DNA of 64,000 nt from Camelus dromedarius (lineage: Eukaryota). The notes beneath the pieces are model-generated. The model saw only the letters and a program-made list of their open reading frames with translations. It was not told the origin of the DNA and did not search any database. This document shows positions 1 to 12,530 of the stretch, in pieces. The translations under genes were made by a program, and so were the position numbers. Each line of letters opens with the position of its first letter. Position 1 is the first letter of the stretch. Where the stretch lies: positions 82,090,001 to 82,154,000 of the forward strand of contig NC_087436.1 in the NCBI RefSeq assembly GCF_036321535.1, written 5' to 3'.

Positions 1-617
1 TTTTTTTTTTTGGTTTTTTTTTTTTTTTTTGCATTTCGTACCTTCTAACATACCACACAGTTTATACATTTTATTTATTATTATTTAGTGTCAGAATATA
101 AACTCCTTCGGGGGGGGGATTTCTATTTCTTTCACTACTGTATCCCTAGACCCTTGAACACTCCATAGGGATGAATATTTAGGTAGTAAAAACATAAAGA
201 ATGGCAACAAAGTGAGTATCATGCAAGACAGCGGTTACGCTTGGAGGGAGAAGGGAGGTAACTGTGAAGTACGTGCAGGGCACTTCTGACTTGCAGGCAG
301 TGTTCTATTTCTTAACTTGGTTAGCCGTTAAAGGGATGATTCTTCCTTGTAACTTGTTAAATTGTACATTTGTGTTTTATGCATCTTTCTGCAAAAACTA
401 TTTTTCTACAATAAAAAGCTTTAAGAATTTCTTTCATGGTTTTCCTACAGGGAAAGATGTTACTTTAAAATACTGTTTATAAAACTGTTGTAACTTTACG
501 ATTATATTAAACTGTACAATATATTCATAATGCCCAAAAAAGCCACAAAGCCATTTTATTTTAAAATGATCTTAGTGGCAGTAATGGGCAAAGCAGCAAC
601 ATGCCACACGTGGCTAC

Positions 618-996
618 TGTCATGGACTGAACTGTGTCCCCCAAATTCATATATTGAAGCCCTAACTCCCCCAAATGTGACGGTATTAGGAGAAAGGGAC
701 TTCAAGGAGATCATTAAGTGAAATGAGATCAAGGGTGGGGCCCTGATCCAATAGGACTGGTGTCCTCATAAAAGGAAGAGACGCCAGAAGTGCATGCACA
801 CAGAGGAAAGGGCATGTGAGGACACAGTAAGAAAGCAGCCGTCTGCAAGCCGAGGAGAGAGGCCTCACCGAAAAGCAGGCTTGGCAGCACCTTGATCTTG
901 AACTTCCAGCCTCCAGAACTATGAGAAAATAACTTTCTGTTGTTAAGCCACCTAGTGTGTGGCATTCCGTGATGGCAGTCCCAGGAGATTAACACA
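618..996 (+). mobile_element. MLT1A/B-type MaLR solo LTR
   Basis: TG...CA termini, typical MLT1 motifs (ccagcctccagaactatgaga...ttaagccac), perfect 5-bp TSD gctac (613-617 / 997-1001). Confidence 0.9.
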
Positions 997-1097
997 GCTA
1001 CCAACTCATGTTCCCATTCCTTTGTACCTTTTTTCCCTTGTCCCTCTCCCCTCAAAAAACTCACTGCAGTGTGATAAAGAAGTTAAATGATATGTGG

Positions 1098-1602
1098 ATG
1101 TGGTTGTTTAAAAAAACATAACCACAAATCCTTTGACACACCCCCCTTCAAGAAGAAGAGCTTAATTTCCCTCCACTTGAGTATGGGCTGGACTTGGTGA
1201 CTGTCTTCTAGCAAAAGGAACAGAGTAGAAGTGACTGTGTGTGACTCAGAGACTCCACCATCAGAGGCCCTGGGCTCCCTGCATGTTCCTTCTCTCAGAC
1301 CACTTGCCTTGGGGGAAGCCAGCTGCCATGTTGAGCAGTCCTATGGAGTGAGAAACTGAGGCCTCAAGTCAACAGCCACATGAGTGAGCCATCTCAGAAG
1401 TGAGTCCTCCAGCCCCAGCCAAGCCTTCAGATGACCACAGCCCTTGCCAGCATCTTGCCTGCAACCTCAGGAGAGACGCTGGGCCAGAATATCCGACTCA
1501 GCTGCTCTCAAGCTCCAGACCCACAGCAATCCTGAAAGAACATGTTTATTGCTAAGCTGCTAAATTTGGAGTGATTTGTTACTCCAATAGGTAACTAACA
1601 CA
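1098..1602 (+). mobile_element. MLT1F/G-type MaLR LTR
   Basis: Motifs tgggctggacttggtgact and ccagccccagccaagccttcagatgac; 3' end taagctgctaaatttggagtgatttgttac...taactaacaca. Confidence 0.75.
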
Positions 1603-1899
1603 AGGGGCTAGATTTCTCTTACATGAGGAAGAAATAAAGAGACACAGAAGGAAAGGTCTGGAAATGAGGATTTAGGAGAAAGAAGTAGAAAGGGTGCAGT
1701 GAGGAGAATTTCGAAGGCTTTCACTTTTTTGGAAAGACAGGGTGAGATTAAGGCAACTGATACAAGAAGTGGGACTTTGGGGACAGAGAGATGCTCAAAG
1801 GTATATTTAGGAAACTTTGCTGGGCTATGTGTTACAAATCTCTCCCCAGTGTTCCTGAAAAACTAAGTAAAAATTCATTTTTTAAATAATAATAAATAA

Positions 1900-2430
1900 T
1901 AGTAATCTAACACTGCCAAGTGATTCGATGTGTCCCAAGCTTATGGACCACTTATCTAAGTCAACCCTAGTCATTTTATCCTTTTTTACTCAACTTCCCA
2001 GTTTTTCTTATAACTGAGGTGGCCACAAACAAAGCACTGTGCCAGGGAGACACAGAGGAAGTCTCCTGGGAGCTTCGAGAAATATTTTGTTTCCCGCTGA
2101 GGAAAGAAACACATTTAAGAATTTGCCAGCACTGCCCCTGACTTTCCTTCCACTCTTACGTGTCTTGAAAGGTTGTGTGAGGCCAGCGTCTTATGCCAAT
2201 GAGAAGACAAGCCTAAAGATGGAAAGGTATGGTGCAGGGGGTGTCTGAGCCTCAGGACAGAAAGTGCCTGGAACCTGGGAGCCGTGACTGAGTGACTGCA
2301 TCAAACCTGAATTGCTTTGTTCCAACCTTCTGGTTAGGACAGTATTAACATTCCTTACTGCGTAAGCCATGTACACTATGATTAGTATGGTTTTCTGTTA
2401 TTTGTGGTAAAATCATTCCTAACTGATATG
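1900..2430 (+). mobile_element. Old MLT1J/K-like LTR (boundaries approximate)
   Basis: 3' end taagcc...ggttttctgttatttgtgg...cattcctaactgata is typical of old MaLR LTRs. Confidence 0.5.
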
Positions 2431-5170
2431 TAAGATGAATATTTGCTTCAAGGTGGTGCCCTCAAACAGGGCAAGATAATATGTGTGCACATGAGACAAA
2501 CTGAGTTCAAAATCTCCTCCCATGGCAGCGAGGAGCCCTCAAGAAGGTACCTCACTGCCTTGGTTTTCCACCTGAAAGGGAGCATTACCTTCATCGCAGG
2601 ACTCTCATGGCTGTTAGTTAAAAAATAAAAACCTAGTATTCAAAATCTTTCAAAACAAGAGAATCCTCACTAACTGGGAAGTCTATCAACTACCAATTTA
2701 GGGCCTACAGATAATCTGCTACTGTAATCACAAGATCTTGGACAGATATAAAGTGCATTTAGTTCTTAACTCTTCAGTGAAGAAAAATTCAAACGGATAC
2801 AAAAGCAAAGAGATTCATGTACTGAATCTCCATATCCAGTGATAGTCAGGAGCTATCAACACATTTCCAATCTTGTTTAATCTGTTGCTTTCCCCATATA
2901 AAGTGGGTAATTTTTTTGAAGTCGTTGATAAGTTATTTTAATTTCACACACACACACACACAAATGTGTATATATCTCCAGCTAACTTTTTTAAAGTTTT
3001 CCTATGTTTATTCTGAATGTAAGTCCTCAGACTGAGGTTTTAATAATTGCAGTTGAAAAAGCATGGCTTTGGAGCGGTCTGTAAACTGGGTGAAAATTCC
3101 ACTTCCACCACTTGGTAGCCGTGTGATCAGAAGCAAGTGACTAAACTTTCTTGGAGCCTCAGGTTTTCACCTGCAAAGAGCAGCAGCTCAGCAGTCAGGA
3201 CGCGTTCTCCAGGGTCTGAGAGATAAACAGCAAAGCGATGGTGAGTAATGGCTCTAATTACTAAACCAGCCAAGCACTGCCGTAAGCACTTTTCCTGCAT
3301 TAGCTTTAGTCCAGGCATTTGTCGCATTCCCAGTGCTTAGCTCCGTTCAGTCCTAGAAGCAGGTTTTATAGTTAGTAAAGTTGACGGAGTGGCAGCTCTG
3401 GTTATGAGAAGCTAGTGAGAAAAAGTAGTGCCTTATGGAGCAGAGTGTCCTCCACAAAGCGGGGAGCGGGGCGGGGTGGCTCAGGAAAGCCTCCTCAAAT
3501 TTGCAGATGGGTCCGGGAGCCGGGAGGGGGAGGGGTGGAGTGAAGAGGCAGGAATGCGCTTGAAAGGAAGTGTGAGTCAGGAGGACAGAAAAGTACCTCT
3601 TCAGTGCTCTCCTGACTTCCCCACACCTACTAGGCTTCTGAGGTTCCCATTACTATTTGATGGGGCTGCAGATAATATTTGGTCTGCAAATCAGGACTAG
3701 CTGGGATGGGCCCATCAGCAGTCCTGACCACCCCAGAGGCTGTGAGGGCTGCCTGGCCTTGGGAACCCAGCCACTTCCCAGGAAATGCTCGGATCGGCAG
3801 TAAACTGGCGACGGATTCTAAGAGTTAGGAAAGGATGAATCCAAAATCAATGTTTGTTGGAGAGAAAGACCTTCCCTTTTTACCTTTTTCTCTCTCCAAA
3901 GGGCTTTGTGTCTAAACTGCACTTTCAATGTAGAGTAGGAGACCCGGTGATACTCCTCAAAGGGGGATCTGTGGACCCTTAAGAATCAAGAGAGTAATTA
4001 ATTCAAAATGCAAATTCCCAGGCCTTGGTGCCAAAATTCTAATTCAGATGGTCAAGAATCATCTTTTCAAAAATAAACGCTCAGGTGATTCTCTTTCATG
4101 TGCTTTTGGACATTTCTCAAAGAGTGGCCTGAGGACCACTGCATCAGGTAAGCACCTGGAGTCCTGTGAAAAATACAAATGTCATGAATATCCTGAATTT
4201 TTAATCTGCAGGGACAGAGTTAGAGGAGGAAAACGAGGAAGGAAGCCAGTCATCTGCATTTTAAAGAGGCTCCCCAGGTGAAGGTTTACTGGTACCTTGT
4301 TTTAAGAACCACTTGCCTAGGGAATAACGAAGTGTTCTCTCAGGCTGGAGGACCTCTTTCTGCCAAATCTTATTAAGCTGCTTTGGATGTCTGTTCATGA
4401 GGAAACCACAACCCCAAGACTCAAGTGAGGAATGAGAAAGAGACACGGTGCTGAGAACAGGAATTAAGTAACAACCGACAATGTTTCCACATCAAAGATT
4501 TTTTTGTCAAATTTCTCCAGCAGGAGCAGCACACCACATTTGCCCTCTATGCTTCATTGCTTTGCCTGCAGCACAGGTTCCCCACTTCAAGATGCTTAAT
4601 AAATACCCATGAAAATGACTTGAATGTATTCCACTTGGGAGAGTCATACTTTCGTAGGCTTTTTAGTGGTGGTGTTTGAACATGTCTACTTGTGTATGTG
4701 GGCAAGGGGGTGGAAAGGGTGGTGAACAAAAGTGGGTTTGATAAAGGCAGGGAGATAAAACTTAAAGGGTTCCTGAGTAGACTTCAGCCGTAGTTAGGAA
4801 AGACGTAAGTACAAGTTCTAATTTTGGTTTACTTCCTCTCTGGCCCCAGGATCTCAAGCAAGCTACTTTCATTTCTCTCTTTCAACTGTGCCTTTTTTTT
4901 TTTCCTAAGGAATATGCCTTGTGGAATTATTTTAAGAAGTAAGAAGAGATTGGAAAGCCCCTTTTCCTCCTAGCCAAAATTATTCAGAAGAGAATCTCCA
5001 CCATCTGGGCCAGTTCAATGAGAGAAGTAATTTCCTTTTCTTTCCTTCTTTTTTTTATTTCCTTCTTCCTACAAACTAAAGATCATTTATTTAGCAGATG
5101 TACACTGAGGGTTCATTATATACTAGACGCTAGAATGACTTGTGGGATAGTGTCAGCTGAGGGAGGCTGA

Positions 5171-5560
5171 TGTGGGGTTCTAAGAGGTGAGCGGCCCAAA
5201 AGAAAAAATGCAGGAGGAGTTGCCATACTGCCAGACAGACTTCAGCCGGAGACACCATGGGGTTAACAACACTTTATTGCCACAGGGAGGTGCCTCTCTG
5301 ATGCACCTGTCCTGCTTTTATCTGTTTTCTGTCAGCACATGCGTGGTCTGAGTTTCTTTGTTCATTAGGCTTACAGAACATCTCTAGCACATGCGTACTT
5401 CTATTTTCTTTGTTCTAAATCTTATATAATTGACGCATGCGTGGAGCAACTATTTACTGCATCCTACAAACATGCTCCGATCGTGGCCTTGGGTCCCACG
5501 GCCTTAACTCATCTCAAGACCAGCTCACAGATAGCAAACAAGACATAGTTACTACCCACA
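5171..5560 (-). mobile_element. Lineage-specific ERV solo LTR
   Basis: TGTGGG...CCCACA inverted termini. Minus-strand AATAAA (tttatt ~5273) with an upstream TATA-like site. CpGs retained. No clean TSD found. Confidence 0.6.
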
Positions 5561-7299
5561 TTATTGGAGAAGCTGGGAAATGAAGAGTCTGAAAGCAGAA
5601 GTTGAAGGATCAGGGAAAAGTCACTAACCAGCCTTCGTTAGTGCTGGTACAGGTGGGCAGGATGGAGCTTGCAAATTCATTTGGAAAGCCAGGCACTTCA
5701 GCTGTCAGAGTGAAACCACCTGGCCTGGAGTCATTGCTGGCCAGCAAGGTCTGCACTTGAGAGAAGACTGGGGTGTGGAGCAGGGGATAACAAGGACCTC
5801 TGGACCTGCCACCAGTCTAGTGGAGGATGGCGACCAGCTGGGATGTGCTAGCCTCTCTGCATACTTCTCCCAGAGCATGGCTCTGGTTTCACTGCTACAT
5901 CCCAAATCTCATGCCAGCTTTTTTTTTTTTCTAATTCTAACACAGATCACACAAGGAAAGGGATCCTGGGACCATAGTTGTAACTTGTCCAAAACACTAT
6001 GTAGATAAAGAGTTGGGTCAAAAAGTAATGGAAGTTCGCCAGAAGGCAAACACATGATCAGAGGTGGCAAAATCTATGTCAAGATTCTGAACCAAAGTGC
6101 TTGTTCAGATGGGTGCCAAGCTGTTCGTAACTCCTCAGGCCTTCTCTCAGTGGTCTCCTGTGTCAGCCCTAGGATTGTCCCCCCCACGGCAAATTGGCTG
6201 CATAACCCAAGGGTGCAAGGCCAATACCACAACACAGAGACCACAGGTGCAACAGGTAAGAATAATTGCTGAGCTTTTAGATCATGTAACACAACAGCTG
6301 TTAACAATCGCTTCAAAATTTAATCTTTCATCAGATTCAGATTTATGAGGTATAGAATGCTCGTCTGTTCAAATATGTATTAATGTTTACTGTGTGCCGC
6401 GTGAAAGGAAAAAGGAAACATCTACTAGTCTCTGCATGAACCAGACACACACCCTTTCTACCAGATCTTGCCTACAAAATCTCAGATCCCCTTCCCAACC
6501 ATACCAGAGTCCCCACAAAGTGTAACAATAAATTAAACCTGGTGATAAGGCAGAGAGAGGCCCTGAGCCACATGATAAAGTCACAAGCTCTGAGGTTTTT
6601 TAGCCTTAATTCAGAAAGACTGGACATCCTGTTAGTTGTAATTTGGTTAAAAATAGCAGAACTTCCAGGGAACTAGTTTAAATTGAAAGGGGGATTTGTA
6701 ATGAAGATATTGGCTTATCTCATGAGACCCAAGTGTAGGAATGCAGCGAGCCCTCAGACGAGGACTGAAATTAAGAAGTGGAAAGCCAGGAGCACTCCAC
6801 TCCATCGCGTTTCTGCTTCTCTCTGTGCATTCGCACCCTTCCCTGCAAGCTGATTTTTGTACCCCTCAAAGCACAAGATGGAATACAGCTGCCCCTCTTG
6901 AGTTTGAAGTTAAAGTTTGAAGCAAATGGAGACTTCAGTTCTAAAACCAAGTATGGAGAGAATCTGATTGGTTAAATTTGAGTTCCCTGTCCTCGCCTTG
7001 AACCAGTTAGCTTTGGTAGTGATTGGAGGAGCTTCAGTGCAAACCTGCAGCCAGGGCCCCAACTCAGTGAATAGGGAAGCACCCAATATCAACACTCACA
7101 GGGGACATAAGACTAATGCCGGTGAAGTGCATGGAGATAAATGCCTTCCTAGGGAGACTCCAAATATCAAGCCTACCCCTCAGCTTTCTGAAGACAGTGA
7201 CAGAAACAGCAAGAGCCAATGCAGAATCAGAGCCTAAAAACATGAGCACGGGAGGAACTGTAATCACATCAGGATCAATGAAACAAAGTGCATCCCGGA

Positions 7300-7890
7300 G
7301 TGTAGTAGACATTGTCTTCCGAAACCATTTCCCCTTGTTCCTTGCTGTTGCAGCTCCAGTTCTGGTGGGGCGTCTACCCTCCTCCACTTGGTCATGTCTT
7401 GTGTGGATGCTGGCTACTCCGTCAGCTCCTGAGAGTGAATCCTGATTTAATCAAAATCAATCAAGGTAATTCCGTTCACTTTGTCACTGACTGATTTTCC
7501 CTTGGGCAGGTGATAACATTCTCACCAATGAGACATGAAGTAAAATTGACTAGGAGTTTCTGGGAAAGGTTTCCTCACTCCTAGAAAGGATACTGTGAAG
7601 GGATTATCTTTTCCTCCTATACATCCTCTCATGTCTGGACATTTGCTACACCTGGAACTGGTGGAGCCACCTCATGACCAGAAGGAGAGTAAATCTAAGG
7701 AGAAAACACAGGAGGGAAAAGCTAGAAAATGGGAAGATTAGGCTTAAGGATAATGCTGTTTATCAATGAATCAACTATCTTGGGAGCCATCCTACTTTGG
7801 ATTTCTTATATGAGATACATTTTCTTATTTTTTAAGCCACCTTGAGTTGATTTTCACTCACTTACTGCTGAAGGCATCCTAACTGAAACA
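7300..7890 (+). mobile_element. Old LTR16/MLT1-like LTR
   Basis: Motifs ttctgggaaaggtttcctcactcct and 3' end tttaagccac...gctgaaggcatcctaactgaaaca. Confidence 0.5.
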
Positions 7891-7919
7891 GGCTATGGAG
7901 GGAATTAAGGCTTCAAAGT

Positions 7920-8330
7920 CAAGTAAGCTGACCCTACATACAGAATCAGGAGTCAGAATGGAATCAGACTTCTCAGCAACAACCCTGAAAGCTAGATGAT
8001 GAGATTATGAAGGAAAATATTTTTAATATAAAATTTTCCTGCCCAGTGAAATGATCATTCAAGCATGAAAGTGGAATGAGAATATATTAATACACACAAG
8101 GTTTCAAAAAATATACCTACACTGTGGAGTTGGGCACAGCTCGGTGGTAGAGCGCATACTTAGCATGCATGAGGACCTGGGTTCAATCCCCAGTAATTCC
8201 ATTTAAAAATAAATAAATAAATTACCCCCAACCCCAAAAATCAATTGTTTAAAAAATATATACCTACACTGAATTCTCTCTAGGAAACGAAAAATAATGT
8301 GCTTTTCCAAAAGGAGGGAGTAAACCAAAA
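7920..8330 (+). mobile_element. Ancient L1/HAL1 ORF1 C-terminal relic
   Basis: Relic of SDFSATTLKAR..KEN..ILYPAK-like ORF1 sequence; interrupted by a SINE. Confidence 0.5.
8125..8257 (+). mobile_element. Vic-1-type tRNA-derived SINE
   Basis: A/B boxes (agctcggtggtag / ggttcaatccc); 14-bp TSD atatacctacactg (8111 / 8258). Confidence 0.9.
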
Positions 8331-8416
8331 AAGAAGATGACATGTGATCTACTAGACAAGCCCTCCATCATGAGAAGCGAAGAGAGGTCCCAGGATAATA
8401 GCTGTAGACAAACTTT

Positions 8417-9112
8417 TTTGGGGGGTGACAAAATTGATTAAATGTTATTAATTAAAGCAGGAGCCGTATGATACATTCTGGATACCACAGTAGCAAAAGC
8501 TGATAGCAGTAGTTTTACGTGAATCATACACATACACATGCTATTCTGCTTCTTCTGATTAAACTTGCCTCTCAAGATAAATGGACTCTCTTCAGTTTCC
8601 AAGAATAAGACTAATTTTTTCTCTGAACATAAATATATACAACCGCTATTGCCATCCAATGGAGAAAGTGACCAACTTGCCCCCTGCATTATTTCTCCTG
8701 GATAATCAGTCCCTAGTGACCTGTCACTCTCCTCCCATGAAAAACCCAGTCCCTTAATGTCCCTGCTCTGTTCACGGTCAGGTGGTAGAGCATTCTTTCC
8801 TATAAGCCACTGTGGCCTATCTACAAATGAGCACCCCGACCATAATAAGCCTGATGAGTCATGTCAGAGTTTCCCCTCTGCACCTCCCTGATGCTCATTC
8901 ACAGACTATTGAATTTGATAATTCAGGGTCCATGTTTTTCCGGGGAACGTGGATGTGAATGAGCCACCCCTAGTGAAACTGGCCCCTTCATCTTATTGAT
9001 TCCTTCCCAGAGACCATCATGAATGGCCTGTAACAAAGGCCTAAGATCAACATGCTACCAAGTCCAAGCTCTTATTTTGCTCACTGCACGACAGGCCAAT
9101 AAATCGAGAGAC
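8417..9112 (-). mobile_element. TSD-flanked retroposed insert beginning with an ERV LTR R/U5-like segment
   Basis: 15-bp near-perfect TSD ctg(t/c)agacaaacttt (8402-8416 / 9113-9127). Short T-run at the left end. LTR-like tccaagctc...cactgcacgacaggccaataaatcgagagac at the right end. Confidence 0.55.
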
Positions 9113-11654
9113 CTGCAGACAAACTTTGAGGGCACTTCTGTAAGAGGCAAAGCACAAGGAGATGAAATGATTTAAAACAAACCAAAAAGAAAAGTGATGC
9201 CTCTGAATATAGTGGGAGGAGTTTTACAGAACTGACAGAAAACTGAGGAAAGGGAGAAATTAAGCAGAAAAGGAAAAGTTGTCATAATATAGTACGTCTC
9301 AACTTGGATTAGCATTTACATGAATATTTATTTCTGCAAAATTGTAATATAATTTTACTGGCAAAATGTGTGGTCAGGAAGGGTGAGAGTGTGTGTGTGT
9401 AAAAGAGCAAAATTTTCTGAAATAGAAAGTTTAAATTTTAAAATGGAGTAGCAACATAAGCATTTTATTTAGCGATATGGAAGAAGCATGAAAAAAAAAC
9501 CAACAAGAGTAAAAGCTGCAAACCCTGAGGAGGGGGAGAATGTGATGGGCAGGGGCAGGGGCCTGTGCTTACATCACAGTCTCTTAGACTCTTTGTTTTC
9601 CTATGGGCACTTTAAACTGTGATTAAAGATATTTGACAGCAGGATATAAAAAGGAATTGTCATTGCAAAAAGGAAAAGGAAGGAAGATAGGTAGAGTTGA
9701 GGTGGAAATGTGAAAACATCATGAAGAACAGACAGGGAGGACCTTGGTTTTAGCTGATTGTATGGAAGGAGGGCCTTGAATGATATCTAAGAAGTGCAAC
9801 ATTTATTCTGGAAGAAATAGGATTTGGGGAGTTTCCATGTGGGTGTGACATGATCCGATTAATCCTTGGAAAAAAGGAAATCATTACATGGGGGGAAAGA
9901 GAATGGTTTGGGGAACATCAAAACTAGGGGCAGGAAGACCAATTGGAAAGTTTTGCACAACGTAAGTCAGAGCTGAGGGCTGGAACCAAAGAGTGGAGGT
10001 GAAGAGAAACAGGACAGCTGTGGGGAAACTGGGAAGGAAGTCTTGGTGACTCACTGGATGTAAGCACTGCTGGGAGAGGCAGGAAACTGAGAAGACTCTG
10101 GTTTGAGCAGTGGTGAGATCCCAGCGGCAGCCCGTTTTCACAGGAATTTCCCCAGCGCATTAGTTTCGTGGAATGAAATCAAATTGGCATGACTCCTCCC
10201 ATCCCACCCCTGTCCAACTCCCCACTCTTGGGACTCTCCACCACACCGGTGAGGTGCCTTGTGACAAGTTGTATTAATAGGCTTAATTAACATGAAAGGA
10301 TTAATAGCAATTATACATACTAATTTCAAGGCTGGTATACAGGACTGGAAAGCCCCTGGAACTGCACCCGTTTCCTGGCCTGAACTTAGATGAAGATTTT
10401 GGAAAGTTTTCACAGAGTTTCTGCTTTTTTGTTTATGTCTTTGATTGACTTTTGCAGCTACAGTATACCTTCCCGGTGTTCCCAGCGAGAATGCTGAGTG
10501 CTCACAGCATGCCAGGCATTTCACTCACATCCTCCCTTCCTACCCTTATGCTATTCTATTTATAGATGAGGAGCTGCAGCTCAGAAATGTTAAGAACTTG
10601 ATGCCGATACATCACTTTGCAAATCCAGGGCCAGGATCCTCCTCTCTCTTGGTGTGGACCCAAAGCTTGGTCCCCAAACCACTGCAGGCCCCTGGCCTCT
10701 CACTGTGACTTCACTCTCTGCCGTCCTGGAATGAACGGGTTTCTTCCTTCATCTACAAGCCAGCTGCTTTGCCTGCTCTCAGACGGTATTTAGAAACCAA
10801 TATCTGGGTACAAGTGTTGCTCATTGCTATTGAGATGTCACTGCTTCCGGGTTCTTGCAGAGGACAGATCTAATCAACACGAGTGTATGTATGTATTTAT
10901 GTATGTATGAATATGTATATAAGAATACATATGTGTAAGTGTATATATACCTAATTACATCTTTATTTCTATATCTCTAAATATTAAAAACCATGAGTTC
11001 TCACCAATAACTCCAATTCTAATTCACACCATAAGGTTCATTCTATACTTTTCTTCCTTTCTATACTTTTAGTCCTTTCTCCAGTAGTGACAAACTTGGC
11101 CTTCATTATCCTTAATATTTGATAATTCTTCCTGAATATAATCAATCTCCCATCACCAACGCCATCCTCTTCCTCATGCAGAAACCCTTCTCATCTCACT
11201 TGTGTTCCAGTACTCGATGCCAGGCCACCCCACACCCTGTGTGAGAGCCTCTCTCTCCTTTTGGCCTCTCACATGCGCTGAGCTGTCCCCTGCATGAACT
11301 CACAGCTCAGTCAAGTTCTGATTCCCTATGTCAGGCTGCTCCTTTACGTGGATGCTTTCTTCCCTTTTCTGGGCTCCAGCACTCAGAGCTGGGCCTTCCT
11401 CATGCATGGATGTCCTCCTAGCCCTTTGTGGGTTCTGAGCCTTCACCTCACATCTGGCCACTTCCAGATGGATGTCCTCCTCACCTTATTCAGGCTCTGC
11501 TGTCCCGTGCTGGTGAGTCATATTTTTTAAATAATATTCTTAGGATTTGCCTAAAGTGTTTGTGAGAGCTTATGTATAAAATAAACAGAGATAAGCTTTT
11601 GTATAAAGTACCAGGTTTAGAAGCAGCAAGGGTGGCATTTTAAAAAAATCAGGT

Positions 11655-12530
11655 AATAAAAAAAAATAGATAAATTGGACTTCATCAAAATTTTATATTT
11701 GTACTTCAAATGACACTGTCAAGAAAACGAAAAGACAACCCACAGAATGGGAAAAAATTATTGAAAATTATATATATATCCACAAAGACCTTCTTCCAAT
11801 GAAGATAAACAAATGGCCAGTAAAGTACAGGAAAGGATGCTCAACATCATTAGCCATTAAGGAAATACAAATCAAAACCACAAGATACTACCTAACATTT
11901 ACTTACATGGCTGTAATTTTTAAAAGGACAGGTGATAGAAAGATCTGTCTAGGATGTAGAGAAGTTGGAACCTTTATACACCCTTGCTGAAAACAGTCTG
12001 GCAGTTCCTCAAAAAATTAATCATAATGTTACCATTTGACCCAGAAAGTCTACCCTTAGAAATGAAAACTTATTTTCACTTAAAAACAACTCCCAAATGT
12101 GGAAATAACACACATGTCCATAAACTAATGAATGGGACTTTTTAAAATGTGGTATATCTACACAATGGAATATTATTCAGCCATAAAATGGAATGAAGTA
12201 CTGATATGTCCTACAATACAGATGAACCTTGAAAATATTGTGCTAAGTGAAAGATATTGTCACAAAAGATCACATGTTACATTATTCCATTTATGTTAAA
12301 TATCCAGAATAGGAAAATCTATAGAGGCAAAAAGTAAATTAATGGCTGTCTAAGGCTGGTGGGGGTGGGGGAATTAAGGGGAGAAGTGATTCCTAAAGGG
12401 TACATAGATGATGAAATGTTCTAAAATTGATCGTGATGATGGTGGCACAACTCTGAATTACAAAAAACTATTGAATTGTGCATTGTAAATGGGTGAATTG
12501 TATGTTATAAACTGTATCTCAATAAAAAAA
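11655..12530 (+). mobile_element. L1M (L1MB/MC-like) ORF2 end and 3' UTR fragment
   Basis: L1 motifs tggacttcatcaaaatt, caatggaatattattcagccataaaa and gatgaaccttgaaaatatt; ends in aataaaaaaa. Confidence 0.85.

Noticed and set aside
2191..2376. Minus-strand ORF MAYAVRNVNTVLT resembling the recalled C4orf36 N-terminus (MAYGVPRKNTVKT)
   Set aside because: It lies in the 3' end of an MLT1-like LTR and the similarity stops after 13 residues; most likely coincidence.
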